Source: Eledone cirrhosa (Eukaryota). From it: a stretch of 64,000 bases of DNA. The stretch is from positions 31,000,001 to 31,064,000 of the forward strand of contig OZ024758.1 of NCBI GenBank assembly GCA_964016885.1, given 5' to 3'. The notes beneath the pieces are model-generated. The model did no database searches and was not told the DNA's origin. It worked only from the letters and a program-made list of their open reading frames with translations. Shown in pieces: positions 1 through 9,856 of the stretch. Positions within the stretch are counted from its first letter, which is position 1. Every line of letters starts with the position of its first letter. Made by a program: the position numbers and the translations under genes.

Positions 1-60
1 TGCTTTCATCAGATAAAATATAATATAGATCAGTTTTATAAATAAATATTGACATACCCT
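1..60 (-). mobile_element. Fragment of AT-rich HHR-bearing repeat family H1, cut by window start
   Basis: Minus strand reads TATTTTATCTGATGAAAGC and matches the copies at 25250-25300 and 41990-42050. Confidence 0.6.
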
Positions 61-145
61 TAAAAAATGCAACCATTACTGTTGGAAGCTCCCGGATAAT
101 GGAGTTGTATCTTTAATTATATTATTAGTATTGGATATTTTTAAA

Positions 146-447
146 ATAAGCCGTTGGGTTACGGAGAAAGAGAAATATAGAGAAGGAAAGAGAGAGAAAG
201 ATCAGAACAACAGAGAGAGAAAGATAGAGAGAGAGAGAGGAGACAGAGAGAAGGGGAGAGAACGAAAAACTCTAAGTCATATCTTGTTGAGTTAACTTAA
301 CAATTGAGATGAAATGACTTAGAGTTTTTCGTTCTCTCTCCTTTCTCTGTCTCCTCTCTCTCTCTATCTTCCTCTCTCTGTTGTTCTGCTCTTTCTCTCT
401 CTTTCCTTCTCTATCTTTCTCTTTCTCCGTAACCCAACGGCTTATTG
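146..447. repeat. Fold-back inverted repeat with ~135-bp GA/CT-rich arms
   Basis: 146-280 (AATAAGCCGTTGGGTTACGG...CTCTAAGTCAT) is the reverse complement of 314-447 with few mismatches. Confidence 0.9.
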
Positions 448-598
448 AGGACTTTGTTATAAATTTTATTTTTTGTTATATTTTATTTTATTTTTATATA
501 TTGTTATTGCCTCCTCCTTATTGAGGACGCCTTGTTTTGTAAACTCCCCCCATTGTACTTGTCCCACTTTTGATGCCCTGGTGGCAAATAAAAGAAAC
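445..598 (+). mobile_element. 5'-truncated Tx1 subfamily B, 3' UTR only
   Basis: Highly similar to 7490-7641; ends AAATAAAAGAAA followed by (TATC)n. Confidence 0.9.
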
Positions 599-599
599 A

Positions 600-674
<75 letters not shown>
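600..674 (+). repeat. (TATC)n microsatellite separating Tx1 copies; also at 1903-1968, 7644-7691, 13510-13531 and 13742-13766
   Basis: Directly visible at every Tx1 junction. Confidence 0.97.
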
Positions 675-678
675 ATAA

Positions 679-1901
679 CCTTGCCCTAAGGAAACACTCA
701 CCACCATGGAACGCATGCTCTTCCAATTTCTTTGGAAGAAGCGCCCTCCTATGGTGAGAAGATCCATCTGCTGCCAACAACCTTCGAAAGGAGGGCTGGG
801 GATGCCGTGGTTGATGATGCGTAGGCACGCATTAAGGCTACGGCACCTACAGGTATTCCTCACTGGTCAACCGGTGTGGGCTCCGTTCGTGAAACGAGCC
901 TTTCCGAGACTCGTCTCGCTCACCGAGCTACAGTCCTAGGTCAAGCAAAGATCCGGAAAACTGGGAGACTGGCACACTGAGTGTGCTCAGGCGCTCAGGG
1001 CTCTCTGGCAAGCGGGCCAGGCCATCGGTGGAGAATCCACCTCATCATTCTATAGAGGGCTGGTGGCTAGCAGGGGCGATGACACCCTTGGAGAGTCGCT
1101 GGACATGGAAGAAGACGAACTGGCCAGCCTGTTCGGTAGGACTTTCGGCCCAGGACCAATGGACAACTTCCAGAAGTCACTGGCCTGGCAGTGCTACCGA
1201 GGGGCTCTACCCGTTCGAGAGAGGCTCTACAGACACGGGCGCCCGGGCAGGGATCCCTCAAAAAAGATTTGCCCTAGATGCGTGCGTCACGAAGAAACCG
1301 TTGCGCACGCATTGGTGCAATGTCCGGGCGTGGCTGATCTGTGGGGCTACACCGAACGACTGCTGTCGCGGGTGGCGCCGATTCAATTGACCGCCGAGTC
1401 CGTGATGACAATCAAACCGCCTCCCCTCTTCACAAAGGAAGCAAAGGCGGTTTTTCTGTGCGTAATAGCCATGTTGAAAGAGGTTGTTTGGTGGACACGA
1501 TTGAAAGGTCTGAGGTCAGGCAACTTCCTCTCTGGCCATAGTCTGGTCTACTTCTTCCGATATCACTTCGAAAGAAGGATAAGAATGGAGAGAGAGGTGC
1601 TTGGCCACAGGCAGTTTTATGAAAGGTGGGTGATAGTGGCGAGAATGGCTCGTGTAAATGGGCCTTCTCTGTATACCATTCTGTAGGTAAAGAAGTAAAG
1701 GAGAGGGGAGCACCTTCTCCATGTGCTCCCTGGGCAAAGGATTGCCCACTTTTTCGGGGGTGTGTGCAACCCCCATCACGTCCCCTCCCTTTTGAGGTTA
1801 TTTTCGATTATTTTCATGTTACACCCTTTTTACTCGATTGTATGTAAACTCCCCCTTTGTATTTGTCCCTTCTTTTTATGCCTTTATGGTAAATAAAGAA
1901 A
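679..1901 (+). mobile_element. 5'-truncated Tx1 subfamily A copy (ORF2 C-terminal part plus 3' UTR), pseudogenised
   Basis: Nearly identical to 12287-13510; TGG>TAG stop at 937-939 splits the ORF; CCHC finger CPRC...HALVQC. Confidence 0.93.
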
Positions 1902-1903
1902 TA

Positions 1904-1968
<65 letters not shown>

Positions 1969-2139
1969 CTGGGATGGACACACGCGTATAACTTGCTGAG
2001 TAAGTTCTGTTTAAATTTCTATAGAAATTCTTGTCTGATAACTTTAATTTTTGTACCATTTTGTAGAGGGACTGCCTTTAGGCGAAATAGTTAAACAAAA
2101 AAAAAGTTTTTTCTTGTTGAAAAGTCAATATTTTTTTAA

Positions 2140-3918
2140 ATGGCCGAAGCTTCTTCACCAAAATTCGAAGGAGGAAAGGGGAAGATGAACTTACAGCTTC
2201 CCCCTGCCACTGTCACAGTAGCAGAGGTCAAGAAGAAAGGTCAGCCAGAGGAAGAATTCTCTCCACCTGTTAACCGACAACTTGACGTTGCCATGGTAAC
2301 AACTCAAAGAACCAGCGGCAACAGCAACAACAACAATGCGACGGACGAAAACAACACCAATAACAATAACAACAACAAGACCAATAACGGTGACAACAAC
2401 AACAATGATAACAACAACACCACCAACGACAACAACAACACAAACAAACAAAATTTCTCCTTCGCCGAGACGACAAGGAAAACCCTCGACTATCTGCCAG
2501 TAGATATAACAAAAGCGAAGGAGCTACTGGCGGATGCGAAAAAATATATAGTGTACGGGGAAAATGGTTCATTCACAATCCATTCCCCCCCGGAACTAAA
2601 AAGCCAGAGACTCCTAAACACGGTCATGTTTAGGACAATCTCGAACAAAAGTAAAAAACCAGCTCAACCATCACAGAGCGAGATAGAGCTGGTTTTAAAA
2701 GACGTCATGAAGGACATCACCTTCATTCAGAAGGATAGACTCTACGGGAGTCTATCCATTCTCATGAAGGACAGGGACACAGCAGTGAAACTGTCCATCA
2801 AACCAATCACATCCACCGCATACACCTTCTACCCTACGTACATGGGTAGAAGAACACAAAAAATAAAAATCCACACCATCCTGCCGATTATGGACATATG
2901 GTGGGTTTTGACAGGTTTTCTGGACCTGGAGGATGACATGCTGGTGTCCATGGGAAAGGCATCGGGTGACGCGTTCAGTGGAACGAGCCTCGAACTTGTA
3001 GTTCAAATGAGGCCCGAAAGGATCGCCCAGATCCCTGAACGCGTCATACTGGATGATCTAACCTTCATCAACATTACCGTTGAGGGTAGACGGCCCTCGT
3101 GTTACCTCTGCGGAACCAGAGGTCACCTGAGGGCTGTCTGTCCCCAACTTAATAAGAAAACCCCAATCCTGCCTACACCACCAACAGCTGCACAACCAAC
3201 ACAATCACCACAACTACCACTACAAAAACAACCACCACAGCTCAAACCAAAACAAAACAATGTCCAACCCATCCCCTCCACTCAAAAAACAAAAACAATT
3301 TCCAAAACACCCGTACCGCAAACACAACCTGAAAATTTACCCCTCCCCTCCAACGCGGAAGATGACCCTAGTTCGTCGTCAGACGAGGAGGAGCACTTCC
3401 ACACAATCAAAAGAAAAAAAAGAAAACACACCTCAGACACACAAATGAAAAAAAACCCTCCCCAAAACATAACACTGACACCAACACAAAAGAGCTCACA
3501 ACAGCAAACAAAAAACACCACACAAAAACAAAAACATGCATACACATACATAAATACAAGAAACAAAAAACTGTTAAACATTGTGTACAACAACAATCTA
3601 ATAAAAACACAAGGGCCTAACTTCACCCAGGCAGGGGATTTCCCCCACCTCAAAATGATTAAGGCCCCACAAGACACCTATAAAACTTTAAAAAACAATT
3701 TTAAAGAGGACGTGGGTCCCCCCTGCGTCGGGCCCATTAACCGCGTCCTCCTAAAAAACTATCCCACCCCCTCCCCAAACACCCACACAACTCCAAGCTC
3801 CCCAACCACACAACACACTGATGCCCCCACACTTCCACAAACCACCACCCCACCCAACAACCCATCCCCCACCCTAATGGAAATTGTGCAGCCCGATACC
3901 CGGGACGCAGAGAGGTAA
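2140..3918 (+). CDS. Tx1 ORF1 (gag-like nucleic-acid-binding protein, CCHC zinc knuckle)
   Basis: 592 aa; CYLCGTRGHLRAVC knuckle, basic KRKKRK stretch, Pro/Thr/Gln low-complexity linker; homologous to 7922-9823. Confidence 0.9.
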   Translation: MAEASSPKFEGGKGKMNLQLPPATVTVAEVKKKGQPEEEFSPPVNRQLDVAMVTTQRTSGNSNNNNATDENNTNNNNNNKTNNGDNNNNDNNNTTNDNNNTNKQNFSFAETTRKTLDYLPVDITKAKELLADAKKYIVYGENGSFTIHSPPELKSQRLLNTVMFRTISNKSKKPAQPSQSEIELVLKDVMKDITFIQKDRLYGSLSILMKDRDTAVKLSIKPITSTAYTFYPTYMGRRTQKIKIHTILPIMDIWWVLTGFLDLEDDMLVSMGKASGDAFSGTSLELVVQMRPERIAQIPERVILDDLTFINITVEGRRPSCYLCGTRGHLRAVCPQLNKKTPILPTPPTAAQPTQSPQLPLQKQPPQLKPKQNNVQPIPSTQKTKTISKTPVPQTQPENLPLPSNAEDDPSSSSDEEEHFHTIKRKKRKHTSDTQMKKNPPQNITLTPTQKSSQQQTKNTTQKQKHAYTYINTRNKKLLNIVYNNNLIKTQGPNFTQAGDFPHLKMIKAPQDTYKTLKNNFKEDVGPPCVGPINRVLLKNYPTPSPNTHTTPSSPTTQHTDAPTLPQTTTPPNNPSPTLMEIVQPDTRDAER

Positions 3919-3942
3919 GTGCCTTTTCTCTTCACCACCAAC

Positions 3943-6900
3943 ATGGCTATGCTAAGAGTAGGCTGTTTAAACGCGCGTGGCCTGGGCTCAACTTGGAAGC
4001 AAGCAATGCTTCTAAATGACCTCAGGTCACAACGTATAGATGTGATGGTTATTTGCGAGGCCCGGATCAGCAACGTGCGACAGCTGGCCCCCACCTTTGA
4101 TGACTTTGAGATGCACGCATCTCTCTGTCAGCCCGGAGGTGGGGGTGGAGTTGTCGTTCTGCTGCAAAAACATCTGGGTCTCGCAACACAGATGGTACAT
4201 TTGGACCCGGAGGGTCGACTAGTGGTTCTGGACCTTGGCAGTGGTAAAGGCGGAGCGTTTAGGTTGGTAGCCGCCTACGGCCCTTTCGGGTCAATGCGGC
4301 CGGACTTCTTCCATCGTCTGGAGACTTTTCTAGGGACGTCCCGCTCCTTGCTATTAGTGGGGGACTGGAATGGTATCCTAGATGCACGCTGGGACTACGT
4401 AGGGGCCTGCCCCGATAGAGAGGGGTGTAATAGCCTCAAAGGGTTAATCGGTCGATTTGACCTGGCCGATAGATATCGACTAGATTTTCCGACTGCGCCA
4501 ACCTGGACTTGGGCAAATCGTAGCGGATCATCTAGGTCGTACCTAGATAGGTTCTTAGTTAGAATTAAGGATAAGGACTTTTTAAGTTGTCCAAAAATGC
4601 GCATTGTTGGCTATTCAGACCACAAATTAGTGACCTGCATGGTCAACCTTGACAGAACTCATAGACAGGGCCCCGGTTACTGGAAGCTCAACTTGTCCTT
4701 GCCGGCAAGTAGAGCCTACAGGAATCGGATTAGTACGTTAGTTAAGGAACGGTTGACTGGAGCGATCGTCAACAGCAGGTGGTGGGTATCTCTAAAGAGA
4801 GAGATTAGAGTAGTCTCGATAGAATTTAGTAAGGTTCTAGCTGCGGATAGGAATAGGAAGGAAAGGGAGCTAATAGATAGAGTAGAAGAGGCAATTAGAA
4901 GCGGCGACGTGGCCAGAGTGCTAGCGTCGAGAACGGCTTTGAGCCAGTTTTTCGACGCGAAGCACGAAGGCTGCGTTGTCCGAAGTAAAATACGTGCTCT
5001 AGGGAACGAGGGGACCAAAGCTGTTAGCTGGGCCCGCGTGACAGAGGCCAACAGTGGAACTAAATCCACCATCCGGTCTTTGCGAGACCTGGATGGACGG
5101 GCGATTCTTGAGCCTAAGCAGATGTGTGAGGCCTTTCAAAGGCACTTTGCCCGACTGTTCGGGAGGGGCGGGGAGCCGGTTGGGAACGTGGACTTCGGTC
5201 CATACCTCGACGGCCTGCCGCGCCTCTCGGACAGGGAGGCGAAGTCCTGCGAAGAGCCGATTTCGGCCGCTGAGATAGAGGACGTGCTGAGCCAATGCGG
5301 CAAACGCAAATCCCCGGGTCTCGATGGTCTTCCTTACGAATTATATCTAGCTATGCCGGACTTGTTCCCCGATCTCCTCGAGGCGGTCTACTGCAACTGG
5401 CAACAGAACGGGAGAATTCCCTGTACTGTGACCAAGGGCGTAGTCACGCTAGTGAGGAAGGACGAGAACAAGGGGGACGAAATAAGTAACTTCAGGCCCA
5501 TAACACTGCTAAATACAGAGTTACAGATTTTGGCCAAGGTGCTAGCAAAGAGGTTGGCGCTTGTCGTGGGCAACCTGGTGGGAGATGCGCAGACATGCGC
5601 TATCCCGTCCAGGTCCATCCATGACAACCTCCACCTCATGCGATACATCATAGAGAGGGTTGGGAACGAACCCGGCTTTGGTGGGGCTCTGATCAACTTG
5701 GATCAATCTAAGGCGTTCGATAGGGTCGACCATGGTTACCTGGATGCGGTGCTAGCGGCGGCAGGCTTCGGACCCGTTTTCAGGGGCTGGATCACTGCTA
5801 TGCACAGCAGCCGCATCTGCTCTAGGGTCAAGGTGAACGGCTACCTCTCGGAGCCGTTCAAAATCGCGCGGTCCATCCGACAAGGGTGCCCTCTCTCCTC
5901 CCTTCTGTATGTGTTGACTCTCGAGCCACTACTGCGGAAGTTGGAGTTGTTGCAGGGCATCCCTTTGGAACCGGGATTGCGGAAAGCGGTGTCGGCCTAC
6001 GCCGATGACGTGACAGTAATGGTGTCGACGGCCTCCGAAATCGAGGCGGTCGGCACCTTACTGGAGGAGTACGAAAAGTTCACAGAGGCTAAGCTGAACC
6101 GGGACAAGTCGATCGGTTTGCAACTCGGCACGTGGAGGGGCAGACCGATGCCCTCCGATAGCGTCGTCGGACGCTGGACGGAGGGCCCGGTGAAGTTGCT
6201 CGGGGTCTGGTTCGGACCGGACCTCCAGGTGGAGAAAAACTGGGCGGAGGTTACGAACAGGGTGTTTGCACTGACCCAGAAGTGGGCCAGTTGCAAACTA
6301 TCCCTGAAAGGCCGGGCGGAGGTGGCGAACACCTACATAGCGTCCGTCATCTACTACCGCCTGACCGTAGTGCCCTGCCCAAGGGAAACCCTCACCAAGA
6401 TGGAGCGCGCGCTCTTCCAATTCCTTTGGAAGAGGCGGGCTCCTATGGTGAGGAGATCCATCTGCTGTCAACACCCTTCGAAAGGAGGGCTGGGGATGCC
6501 GTGGCTAATGATGCGTAAACACGCATTAAGGCTACGGCACCTCTACGTATTCCTCACCGGACAACCGGTGTGGGCCTCGTTTGTGAGACGAACCTTTCCC
6601 AGACTCGTCTCACTCACCGAGCTGCAATCCTGGGTCAAGCAAAGACCGAGAAAACTGGGCGCCTGGCACACTGAGTGTGCCCAGGCGCTCACCGCCCTCT
6701 GGCAGGCGGATCCGGTTATCAGTGGAGACTCCACCGCAACATTCTATAGAGGGCTAGTACGCAGCAGGTGCGACGACGCCCTCGGAGAAGCCCTAGACAT
6801 GGAGGAGGACGAACTGGCTAGCCTGTTCGGTAGGACATTCAGCCCGGGACCTATGGACAACTTCCAGAAGTCCCTGGCCTGGCAGTGCTACCGAGGGGCT

Positions 6901-7380
6901 TTACCCGTTCGAGAAAGGCTCTACAGACACGGGCGCCCGGGTAGGGACCCCGCCAAAAAGATCTGTCCCAGATGCGTGTGCGACGAGGAAACCGTTGCAC
7001 ACGCATTAGTACACTGCTCGGGCGTAGCCGATCTGTGGGGCTATGTCGAACAACTGCTGTCAAGGGTGGGACCGATCCGGTTGACCACCGAGTCTATTGT
7101 AATGATCAAGCCGCCTCCCCCCTTCAAAGATGAAGCAGAGGCGGTGTTTCTGTGCGTAATAGCCATGGCGAAAGAGGTTGTATGGTGGACGCGTCTGAAA
7201 GGACTGAGGTCGGGCACCTTTCTCTCTGGCCAACAACTGGTCCGTTTCTTCCGATATCATTTCGGAAGAAGGATCAGGATGGAGAGAGAGGTGCTGCACC
7301 CCAGCCGTTTCTATGAAAGATGGGTGAAAGTGGCGAGAATGGCCCGTGTGAATGGGCCTTCACTCTACATCAGACTATAG
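3943..7380 (+). CDS. Tx1 ORF2: APE endonuclease, reverse transcriptase and C-terminal zinc finger
   Basis: LNARGL, GDWN, YLDRF and SDH endonuclease motifs; KSPGLDG, FRPITLLN, DQSKAFDRV, RQGCPLS and YADD RT motifs; CPRC-x-H-x-C. Frame is open from 3919, first ATG at 3943. Confidence 0.95.
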   Translation: MAMLRVGCLNARGLGSTWKQAMLLNDLRSQRIDVMVICEARISNVRQLAPTFDDFEMHASLCQPGGGGGVVVLLQKHLGLATQMVHLDPEGRLVVLDLGSGKGGAFRLVAAYGPFGSMRPDFFHRLETFLGTSRSLLLVGDWNGILDARWDYVGACPDREGCNSLKGLIGRFDLADRYRLDFPTAPTWTWANRSGSSRSYLDRFLVRIKDKDFLSCPKMRIVGYSDHKLVTCMVNLDRTHRQGPGYWKLNLSLPASRAYRNRISTLVKERLTGAIVNSRWWVSLKREIRVVSIEFSKVLAADRNRKERELIDRVEEAIRSGDVARVLASRTALSQFFDAKHEGCVVRSKIRALGNEGTKAVSWARVTEANSGTKSTIRSLRDLDGRAILEPKQMCEAFQRHFARLFGRGGEPVGNVDFGPYLDGLPRLSDREAKSCEEPISAAEIEDVLSQCGKRKSPGLDGLPYELYLAMPDLFPDLLEAVYCNWQQNGRIPCTVTKGVVTLVRKDENKGDEISNFRPITLLNTELQILAKVLAKRLALVVGNLVGDAQTCAIPSRSIHDNLHLMRYIIERVGNEPGFGGALINLDQSKAFDRVDHGYLDAVLAAAGFGPVFRGWITAMHSSRICSRVKVNGYLSEPFKIARSIRQGCPLSSLLYVLTLEPLLRKLELLQGIPLEPGLRKAVSAYADDVTVMVSTASEIEAVGTLLEEYEKFTEAKLNRDKSIGLQLGTWRGRPMPSDSVVGRWTEGPVKLLGVWFGPDLQVEKNWAEVTNRVFALTQKWASCKLSLKGRAEVANTYIASVIYYRLTVVPCPRETLTKMERALFQFLWKRRAPMVRRSICCQHPSKGGLGMPWLMMRKHALRLRHLYVFLTGQPVWASFVRRTFPRLVSLTELQSWVKQRPRKLGAWHTECAQALTALWQADPVISGDSTATFYRGLVRSRCDDALGEALDMEEDELASLFGRTFSPGPMDNFQKSLAWQCYRGALPVRERLYRHGRPGRDPAKKICPRCVCDEETVAHALVHCSGVADLWGYVEQLLSRVGPIRLTTESIVMIKPPPPFKDEAEAVFLCVIAMAKEVVWWTRLKGLRSGTFLSGQQLVRFFRYHFGRRIRMEREVLHPSRFYERWVKVARMARVNGPSLYIRL

Positions 7381-7644
7381 GTGAGGAAGATGAAAGACCA
7401 AGGGAGCACCCCTTCTCTGTGCTCCTGAGGAGAAGGGTTGCACACTTTTTTCGGGGGTGTGTGCGACCCCCCAAGGCGCCTCCTCTCTATTGAGGATTTT
7501 GTTAAAAGTTTTATTTTTTGTTATATCTTATTTTATTTTTATATTTTGTTATTGCCTCCTCCTTATTGAGGACGCCTTTTTGTGTAAACTCCCCCCTTTG
7601 TACTTGTCCCACTTTTGATGCCCTAGTGGCAAATAAAAGAAATA

Positions 7645-7691
<47 letters not shown>

Positions 7692-7921
7692 AATCTAGCT
7701 GTCGTCTGTTCTACAGTGTGGATGTCATTCACTTCGCACAGAAGTTTTGTTCAAATTTATTGAGGAAATTTTGTGAGTTCAAACTTAATTTTGATACAAT
7801 TGTGTAGCTTGACCCTCCGTCTGAACTGTCAGGCGGTGGGTCAGCTCATCTTTACCCCTCCTAGAGGTGAAAAACCTGTTTTAAAAAATTTTGTGTAAAA
7901 AATTTCAATCGTCTAACAGAA

Positions 7922-9823
7922 ATGTTAAACGCAGCGAACGAAAATAGTGGTGGGGGGACAGCGGTAAGAGTTGTAAGCTCGCACGCTTTAGTCCTCCCTT
8001 CCTTCCCAACTAACGTCATAGAGAAGGAAGGAAAAATTAAAATAAAAACAGACGAATCTGCGGAGAAAAAATTAAATGACGAAAACACAAATCTGGACTT
8101 GGATTCCAACAACGAAAAAAAAAAATTTGAAAAATTGCATGACAATACTAATAACACAAACAAAGACACAACAAACACAAAAATAACAGTTGAAAATAAC
8201 ACCATATCAGAAAACAAAGCAGACGACAAGATTTCATTTGCACAGAAAACAAAGAAATCTTTGACTTATATAGCGGAAAACATTTCAGATGTGGTACGAA
8301 GGATCACCAACGCCAAACAATACATAAGTGAAGGAGAGAATGGTATTTTATCGGTAAAAATGCCTCAAGAATTCACGAATGACATTGAAAGCCGAACGGT
8401 CAAGTTTCGGACCATCAACAACAGTACAAAAAAACCTGAACAGCCTTCTCAAGCAGATATCAAAACAGTACTCACAGAAGTACTTAATGAAACCACTTTC
8501 ATAAGAAAAGACAGACTGTATGGAAGCCTAGCAATTATCATGAAGAACGAATCGGCGGCAAAAAAATGTGCTTTGTCACCGATTCGTTCGAAAAAGTTCA
8601 CCTTTTATCCATCTTATATGGGGAAAAGAACTCAACGCATATGGCTGGATGCAATGATGCCAGATGTGGACTACTGCTGGCTCATAGCTGGCTTCATCGA
8701 TCCAGTGAATGACAACGTGATTTCCATTGGGAAAACCACAGGCAATGCGTTCAGTGGAACAGGTATAGAGCTGGTAGTACAAATGAAGCCTGAACGCATC
8801 GCCCAAATACCCGACAGAATCCTATTAGAGGACCACGGGTATATAAACATTAGCGTGGAGGGGAGAAGGCCGTCCTGCCATATCTGTGCAGGCAGAGGGC
8901 ACCTGAAGGCCGCTTGTCCCCAACTCAACAAAAAGAAAACCCTGCTACCAACACCAGCTCCACCACCACCACCACAACAGATAAACAAACAACAAAACTC
9001 AGTCCCACCCAACCCGTCCCTCAGTAAAACCACAACACCACCACAACACAAACAGTCACAACACATTACCCCAAAACAAAATACAGGCCCACCCAACATC
9101 TCACTCAATAAAACAACACAACCACCGCAGACACAACACACAACACAGTCTAACATAGTGACATCCATCTCCCCCACAAAGAAAACCAACACGGAAACAT
9201 TACCAGCAAACATACCTCTTCCCTCCAACACTGAAGATAACCCAACGAATTCGGAGGAAGAAACGGAGTCCTTCAGACAGATTAAAAGGAAAAAAAGAAA
9301 ACATGTGCAAAACACACAAGGACAAACAACCCCCACCCAAATCTCAACACAATCCAACAAAACAGAAAACACCCCTCCAGCAACAAACAAAACCAAACCT
9401 GCCCCTCCCCTCTTCGAAACACTCACACCATCGGAAAAAAAGACATTACACTATACTTACATCAACAGAAACAATAATAAATTAAATGAGCTCATATACA
9501 ATAATCCTTCGGTACAAACCGAAGGTGTAAACTTTGTTTCGTCAGAAAACTACCCACATTTAAAACTAATAAAGATCCCAATGAACCTCTACCAAAAACT
9601 AAAAAAGGATTTTAAGGAGGACGTAGGACCACCCTCTGTCAAACCCATAAACCGCGTCCTACTAAAAAGCTTTCCCCCTCCCCTTCCCCTCCCCAACACA
9701 ACTCCAAACACCCCAACCCCACCACACACTGACGACCCCACACCACCACAAGACACCCCTTCACCCAACACCCCCGACCCCATGGAAGTCGTGCAACCCG
9801 AACCCCGGGAAGCGGAAAGGTAG
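7922..9823 (+). CDS. Tx1 ORF1 (CCHC zinc knuckle)
   Basis: 633 aa; CHICAGRGHLKAAC; shares KDRLYGSL, FKEDVGPP and C-terminal MExVQPxxRxAER with subfamily B ORF1. Confidence 0.9.
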   Translation: MLNAANENSGGGTAVRVVSSHALVLPSFPTNVIEKEGKIKIKTDESAEKKLNDENTNLDLDSNNEKKKFEKLHDNTNNTNKDTTNTKITVENNTISENKADDKISFAQKTKKSLTYIAENISDVVRRITNAKQYISEGENGILSVKMPQEFTNDIESRTVKFRTINNSTKKPEQPSQADIKTVLTEVLNETTFIRKDRLYGSLAIIMKNESAAKKCALSPIRSKKFTFYPSYMGKRTQRIWLDAMMPDVDYCWLIAGFIDPVNDNVISIGKTTGNAFSGTGIELVVQMKPERIAQIPDRILLEDHGYINISVEGRRPSCHICAGRGHLKAACPQLNKKKTLLPTPAPPPPPQQINKQQNSVPPNPSLSKTTTPPQHKQSQHITPKQNTGPPNISLNKTTQPPQTQHTTQSNIVTSISPTKKTNTETLPANIPLPSNTEDNPTNSEEETESFRQIKRKKRKHVQNTQGQTTPTQISTQSNKTENTPPATNKTKPAPPLFETLTPSEKKTLHYTYINRNNNKLNELIYNNPSVQTEGVNFVSSENYPHLKLIKIPMNLYQKLKKDFKEDVGPPSVKPINRVLLKSFPPPLPLPNTTPNTPTPPHTDDPTPPQDTPSPNTPDPMEVVQPEPREAER

Positions 9824-9856
9824 GTCTCTACACTCTCCTTTGGCTCTGCCGCCCAC

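Larger units (their letters stand above)
1969..7641 (+). mobile_element. Full-length, apparently intact Tx1-type non-LTR retrotransposon (subfamily B)
   Basis: 5' UTR, ORF1, ORF2 (APE-RT-CCHC) and 3' UTR; bounded by (TATC)n on both sides. Confidence 0.93.
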
